Shown here one piece after another: positions 62,565 to 64,000 of a DNA stretch of 64,000 nt (the stretch's first letter is position 1; the number at the start of each line of letters is the position of its first letter). A program made the translations under genes and the position numbers. The notes beneath the pieces were generated by a model that ran no database searches, had not been told where the DNA came from, and worked only from the letters and a program-made list of their open reading frames with translations. The stretch is taken from NCBI RefSeq assembly GCF_964194025.1, contig NC_134470.1:30008001-30072000 (forward strand), read 5' to 3'. This DNA is from Convolutriloba macropyga. Taxonomy: Eukaryota.

Positions 62565-62776
62565 CTGACTATTAGAGCACTTCGATTACACTTCGCAAAA
62601 TTTGCTCCGCAACCAGTCGAAACTCTAATTGTCAATAAACTTCAATATTGCCCTATCACAGACTAGTTATTTCTCAACCTTATAACATTAGTTATCCAAG
62701 GATTCCCTTAATATATTCAGACATCTAATTCATTTTTATTGTTCAAACTTTCCCTATAATCGAAACTTATCTAAAA

Positions 62777-63286
62777 ATGCCTGCCGTTGTTAAGAAAGCC
62801 ACCTCAGCCGCAACCCCCAAAAACTCCCCATCAAAACCCGCGATTACGATTCACCCAACTTACAGAGCCATGGTTACGAAAGCTGTGAAAGAGTTGAACG
62901 AGAAGGGCGGATCAAGCAAACAAGCCATTGTGAAATACATTTCTGCTAACTTCAAAGTAGGAGACAAAGTCGATCATCAGGTTAAACTAACATTGCGAAA
63001 GATGTGCCAAAATAAAGAACTTCTGCACGCTTCCAAAAATTCAACCGGCGCCAACGGATCTTTCAAATTACCTGCAAAAGAGCCGGCTTCGAAGAAACCA
63101 AAAACCTCACCCAAGAAATCGCCAACCAAAACCACCTCAGAGAAAACCCCAGCGATCAAAAATACCAAGGCAGCGAAATCTCCAGTGAAACAATTGAAAA
63201 AATCCAAAAACCCAAAGAAGCCAACAGTAAAGAAAGCAACACCAGTCAAAAAGTTTACTGCCAAGAAAACCCAAACCACAAATTAG
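62777..63286 (+). CDS. H1: Linker histone H1 (H1.0/H5-like), intronless, 169 aa
   Basis: Globular domain HPTYRAMVTKAVKELNEKGGSSKQAIVKYISANFKVG..GANGSFKL; K/A/P-rich tail with SPKK and TPVKK motifs. Confidence 0.95.
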   Translation: MPAVVKKATSAATPKNSPSKPAITIHPTYRAMVTKAVKELNEKGGSSKQAIVKYISANFKVGDKVDHQVKLTLRKMCQNKELLHASKNSTGANGSFKLPAKEPASKKPKTSPKKSPTKTTSEKTPAIKNTKAAKSPVKQLKKSKNPKKPTVKKATPVKKFTAKKTQTTN

Positions 63287-63317
63287 GATGGCTGAATTAG
63301 CCGTCAAACTAACTGTC

Positions 63318-63394
63318 TGGAAAACTAAGTTGATAACTTCACAAACTAAATTTACATGGAAAACGAAGCTGATAACTTCACAAACTAAATTTAC
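63318..63394. repeat. 39-bp tandem duplication in H1 3' region
   Basis: TGGAAAAC.AAG.TGATAACTTCACAAACTAAATTTAC x2. Confidence 0.85.
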
Positions 63395-64000
63395 CTTTGA
63401 AGCCATACCTTGATGATTTTATTTTGCAATTTTTCTGACCTTGAACTTGAATCATAATTTACATTTTGATACATAAAATAGCTTTTTCTCGGAATGAACT
63501 ACGGTTTTTTCAAAACATATTTCTGCCAGTTTTCGTTTACGAGTGTTTCTATATGATCTGCTGTGATTATGACGTCTGCTGTGAGGCATCCACCATAAAA
63601 AACGAGCAAAAATGCAATAACTTCCTCACCTAATATCTTCAAATATGCAAAGTTTCCATTTTTTAATGAAAATATGTGAAAATAGAAAACGGCACTATGT
63701 CGCCAGTAGCTATTAAACAAACTTAAATTACTTTTTAAACAAATGTTGCAATGTTAGTTCAACAGAAGCCTCGTTTAGATTTGCCGATGTAAACTGAATG
63801 ATGCAAAATTTGATCGAAATAAAGCTCGAAATAATCGCAGATAAACGAAAACAGCAATTGACTAAGGGTACTACGTTGCTCTGTGAAGAAGACTAAGTTT
63901 GAGATGTCACACCGTCAAAAAAACTTAAATTTACAAGGAATAAACTTAAATCTACGAAAAATAATCAAGATATCTCTCGTAGACAAAAAAACCTAGATAA

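Noticed and set aside
62977-63406. Hydrophobic minus-strand ORFs
   Set aside because: Antisense shadows of the Lys-rich H1 tail and the 39-bp duplication.

Overview
AT-rich eukaryotic (animal-like) genomic DNA. Almost the whole window (3525-61933, minus strand) is the 3' part of a divergent dynein heavy-chain gene. I traced 26 GT-AG exons with consistent phases (about 1,740 codons: AAA5, AAA6 and the C-terminal domain, plus acidic insertions and a long acidic tail). Its introns carry other elements. The largest is a full-length but decayed 16.3-kb Polinton/Maverick (adintovirus-like) element at 20266-36521, with an AGTAGT terminus, short TIRs and a perfect 6-bp GATATA target-site duplication. 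It encodes ZnF-pPolB, protease, major and minor capsid proteins, a core protein, integrase and packaging ATPase. The introns also hold a decayed CR1/L2-group LINE, a MULE relic, GG-terminated MITEs with 8-bp TSDs, a tRNA-His, and an antisense two-exon C4orf45/SPMIP2-like gene. An H1.0-like histone gene lies just upstream of the first traced exon, probably also intronic. The most unusual signals are in the Polinton: (i) the integrase ORF begins with a 2A/StopGo-like peptide (GIEQNPGP) followed by a PHD finger and has no C-terminal chromodomain; (ii) six back-to-back hairpins end 4 nt before the polymerase ATG; (iii) two element genes contain in-frame spliceosomal-type introns. All family assignments come from motif recognition by eye; no database searches were run.
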